From Candidatus Marinacidobacterales bacterium (lineage in GTDB: Bacteria; Acidobacteriota; Vicinamibacteria; Marinacidobacterales; DATDRI01), in NCBI GenBank assembly GCA_965226495.1, contig OZ245365.1, forward strand, positions 5,184,001-5,248,000: a DNA stretch of 64,000 nt. Direction: 5' to 3'. Position 1 is the first letter of the stretch; each line of letters begins with the position of its first letter. The notes under the pieces are model-generated. The model was not told the DNA's origin, did not search any database, and was given only the letters and a program-made list of their open reading frames with translations. Of this stretch, positions 61,553-64,000 are shown in pieces. A program made the position numbers and the translations under genes.

Positions 61553-61616
61553 GCGTCTATGCTCGTCCCACTCGTCGGGGCGCGTTGGCGTCACCGCGAC
61601 ATCATCGGCAGACTCG
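61553..61616 (+). repeat. 64-bp tail, second copy
   Basis: Near-identical to 59101..59164. Confidence 0.9.
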
Positions 61617-61698
61617 ATTCTCCAATGATTTGCGCAATTGAACTACTATTTCGCCACCCACACGTCCCCTGTGGTTAGGCGCAGGGGACGGGGGTGCG

Positions 61699-62139
61699 TT
61701 GCAACAAGAACAGATCCTCGGGTCACGAAACATCGTGAGGCCGGGTCAGTCTCTAGTCAAGCCAACGGTAATTACTTTTGAGAAGGCGAGCGTTCACATA
61801 CCCGCTCAGAGTTGGCTCGTGGTTCCTCGTTTTGTCACCCCCATGTTTGTATGGGAAGTGTCGTTTGGTGTTCATAATGACACCGCCTTCGGTTTCGCAT
61901 ATTTCATCATTTATTCCTACATAAACATCCTTCCGTTCTTTCTGCTCGAGACCATGGGGATGATTGGGACAAGTGGCTGGTTTAGTCAGGGAGGAATTCT
62001 CCACAATGCGACGACTATCCAAGGGCAGGTCGTTGTTGCGATCGCGTGCCTCGTTTGGTGGATGACGGTGGCAGGTGCGATTGGTTTTGCCATAGACCTG
62101 GTAAGCGGCTCGAAGGCTAGGCGCCAAGGTTTAGGCTAA
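61699..62139 (+). CDS. Hypothetical membrane protein (start uncertain, possibly a remnant)
   Basis: Hydrophobic segments; visibly more AT-rich than its flanks. Confidence 0.45.
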   Translation: MQQEQILGSRNIVRPGQSLVKPTVITFEKASVHIPAQSWLVVPRFVTPMFVWEVSFGVHNDTAFGFAYFIIYSYINILPFFLLETMGMIGTSGWFSQGGILHNATTIQGQVVVAIACLVWWMTVAGAIGFAIDLVSGSKARRQGLG

Positions 62140-62208
62140 CCGGGAATCGACACCCTGCAGAAGAATTCGGCCATACAACTCTCAGGTCGCCTCTCAAGGA
62201 GGTTTTTC

Positions 62209-63407
62209 GTGAAAACACGTCACGTTTCGATCCTGGCCGTCGCGGCCTTCGGCTTTGTCCTCATCCTTGTCGGCACCGGAACCGTCGCTGCCGAGGTCGG
62301 CATCGAGTACATCGCCCACGCCTGTTTCGTCATCGAATCGCCCGAGGGGACGCGCGTCGTCATCGATCCGTACAACACGCAGCGCTGGCTCGGTTACGGC
62401 TTCCCCCAAGACATAGAGGCGAACGCGGTTCTGGTGACCCATCCTCACTATGATCACGACGCGTCCTACTACTGGGGAGATGCCGTTCCGGTGTTTCGCG
62501 AGGCGGGGAGCTTCTCGATAGGCGACGTCGGGCTGCAAGGCGTCTTGGGTGTCATGCCGATCCTTATGGGAAGGACTTCGAACAGAAAAACACCATCTGG
62601 ATCGTGGAGACCGGAGGCCTCCGCATCGTGCACCTCGGTGACAACGGTCCACTTACCGAAGAGAACCTGAAGGAAATGGGCCGGATTGACGTTCTGATGC
62701 TTCCCGTCGACGGGCTCGATCACATCCTCAAAACGGCTGAGGTCGAGGCTATCCGCGACGCCTTGAACCCGGCCGTGACGATACCGATGCACTATCGGCT
62801 CGAAGGTTTCTTGGGCCTTCCGCGCTCGCTCGGCCCGCTCGGTCCCTGGGAGGAAAAGCAATCGGACGTGGAACGGCTGCCGTCCAACCAGACGCGCCTA
62901 ACGGCCGGAAAGCTTGGTTCTTCCCGCATCCTCGTCTTCGAGCCCACGCCATCGCTTCGGGTCTGGCCGAAGGGACTGGCGGAAGGATGGCAAAAGCTGG
63001 ATGAAGCGAGAAGGCTGATGGGCGAGAATCGAGAAGCGGCGGCCAAGCTCCTGGCGGAGGCGGCCGAACTCGGTGACTCGATCGTCTTCGCCGTTCAATG
63101 GGCGCGCGCGCTCAAGCAAACGGAGCGGGCAGATGAGGCCATGGCCTTCTTAGAAGCGGCGCTTGCGCGCGCCGAGCAAGACGATTGGGAGTATCGCATG
63201 AGGGCCCATGCCCTGCTCGGCGAGCTCTATCGCGATAAGGGCTGGACGGAACGCGCCGCCGGACAATACCGCATCGTGCTCGACAACAGCTACCGGACGG
63301 AGCTTCGCGAGCAAGCGCAGGCTTTTTTCGCCGCGACAGGATCCAAGCGACCAGCTCCATCGTGGATCCTTAGCTCGACGAAGATTGGCTCCGCCAACAC
63401 TCGATAG
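62209..63407 (+). pseudogene. Exported MBL-fold metallo-hydrolase with C-terminal TPR-like region, frameshift near 62551
   Basis: AHACFVI, VIDPY, THPHYDH; then HADPYG...IVHLGD, IPMHY in the shifted frame. Confidence 0.8.
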
Positions 63408-63457
63408 GCCTACAAACGAGTGCATGAACGAGGCGCGGACGATAAACGGCAGGAGGC

Positions 63458-64000
63458 ATGACCTTTCGTGCCGGAGTGCTAATCGCGTTATGCGCTAGGG
63501 AGCGCCGTCGCAACGCCCACCTCGCTGCGGCGCAGGACTCATCGAGTGACGAAGTCCAACCGCTGCGGTTCGTCATCACAGCAGAGCCGTCATCGTATGA
63601 CGTAAACGAAATCCCGACCACGCAGTATCCGACCAGCAAAGAAGCCGTGTTCTCCGTCACAGTAGAAATACAAAATGTCAGCGAGCAGGACCGCCTGTTC
63701 TATGACTTCGAAGTCTCCGGGACGCCAACCTGCCACTTGACGGGCCCCGACGGAGAGCCGATTGAGATTGCCTATCGCATCTCAGACCCAGCGCCTCCTA
63801 CGAAAAAAAGCTTTGTCCTGATCAAGGCCGGGGAGTCGCGGCCAAAACACTTCGACGTCTCGTTTTGGACCGGTGATGCTGTCGCTCCAGGGACCTACAC
63901 ATTGTCGATGGACTATAAGGTCTGGATGAACTCGTACTTCGATCCTGAAAAGAGTGCGCGTGTGGATGTGGATGCATGGACCGGCACGTTGCACTCCAAC
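63458..64000 (+). CDS. Hypothetical protein, runs off the window end
   Basis: AGGAGG RBS, ATG at 63458, 181 codons open; VEIQNVS, PGTYTL, AWTGTLHSN suggest an Ig-like fold. Confidence 0.65.
   Translation, partial: MTFRAGVLIALCARERRRNAHLAAAQDSSSDEVQPLRFVITAEPSSYDVNEIPTTQYPTSKEAVFSVTVEIQNVSEQDRLFYDFEVSGTPTCHLTGPDGEPIEIAYRISDPAPPTKKSFVLIKAGESRPKHFDVSFWTGDAVAPGTYTLSMDYKVWMNSYFDPEKSARVDVDAWTGTLHSN

Noticed and set aside
1-64000. CRISPR array, rRNA, complete tRNA, integrase or transposase
   Set aside because: No regularly spaced short repeats, cloverleaf or recombinase motifs recognised by eye

Overview
GC-rich bacterial chromosomal window. Gene content (many Hanks-type Ser/Thr kinases with TPR or PD40 domains, an ECF sigma remnant, an ADOP-type ABC permease remnant) points to Acidobacteriota, but this is inference. 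Housekeeping genes are rlmN, an M16 peptidase, an MBL hydrolase and purB-purS-purQ-purL-purF. There are two type II toxin-antitoxin modules with near-consensus promoters and operators, and a DUF222/HNH gene. The most interesting feature is a translationally coupled operon at 45.4-58.2 kb. It combines a FAAL-ACP-reductase-kinase fusion, a rifampin-phosphotransferase-like dikinase, a UbiA-family transferase, a CDP-archaeol synthase (CarS) homologue, an acyltransferase, a desaturase and a methyltransferase, with a convergent CDP-alcohol phosphatidyltransferase. I read it as a candidate route to fatty-alkyl ether lipids using archaeal-style chemistry. The operon and a GNAT toxin-antitoxin module each sit between long, diverged, 5'-truncated copies of purF, with no integrase in the window. 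Also notable are six tandem secreted amidohydrolase paralogues and an 870-bp scrambled mosaic of five gene fragments bounded by an 18-bp inverted repeat. No CRISPR array, rRNA or convincing tRNA was seen. All family calls come from motif recognition by eye, not database searches. Assembly artefacts cannot be excluded for the rearranged parts.
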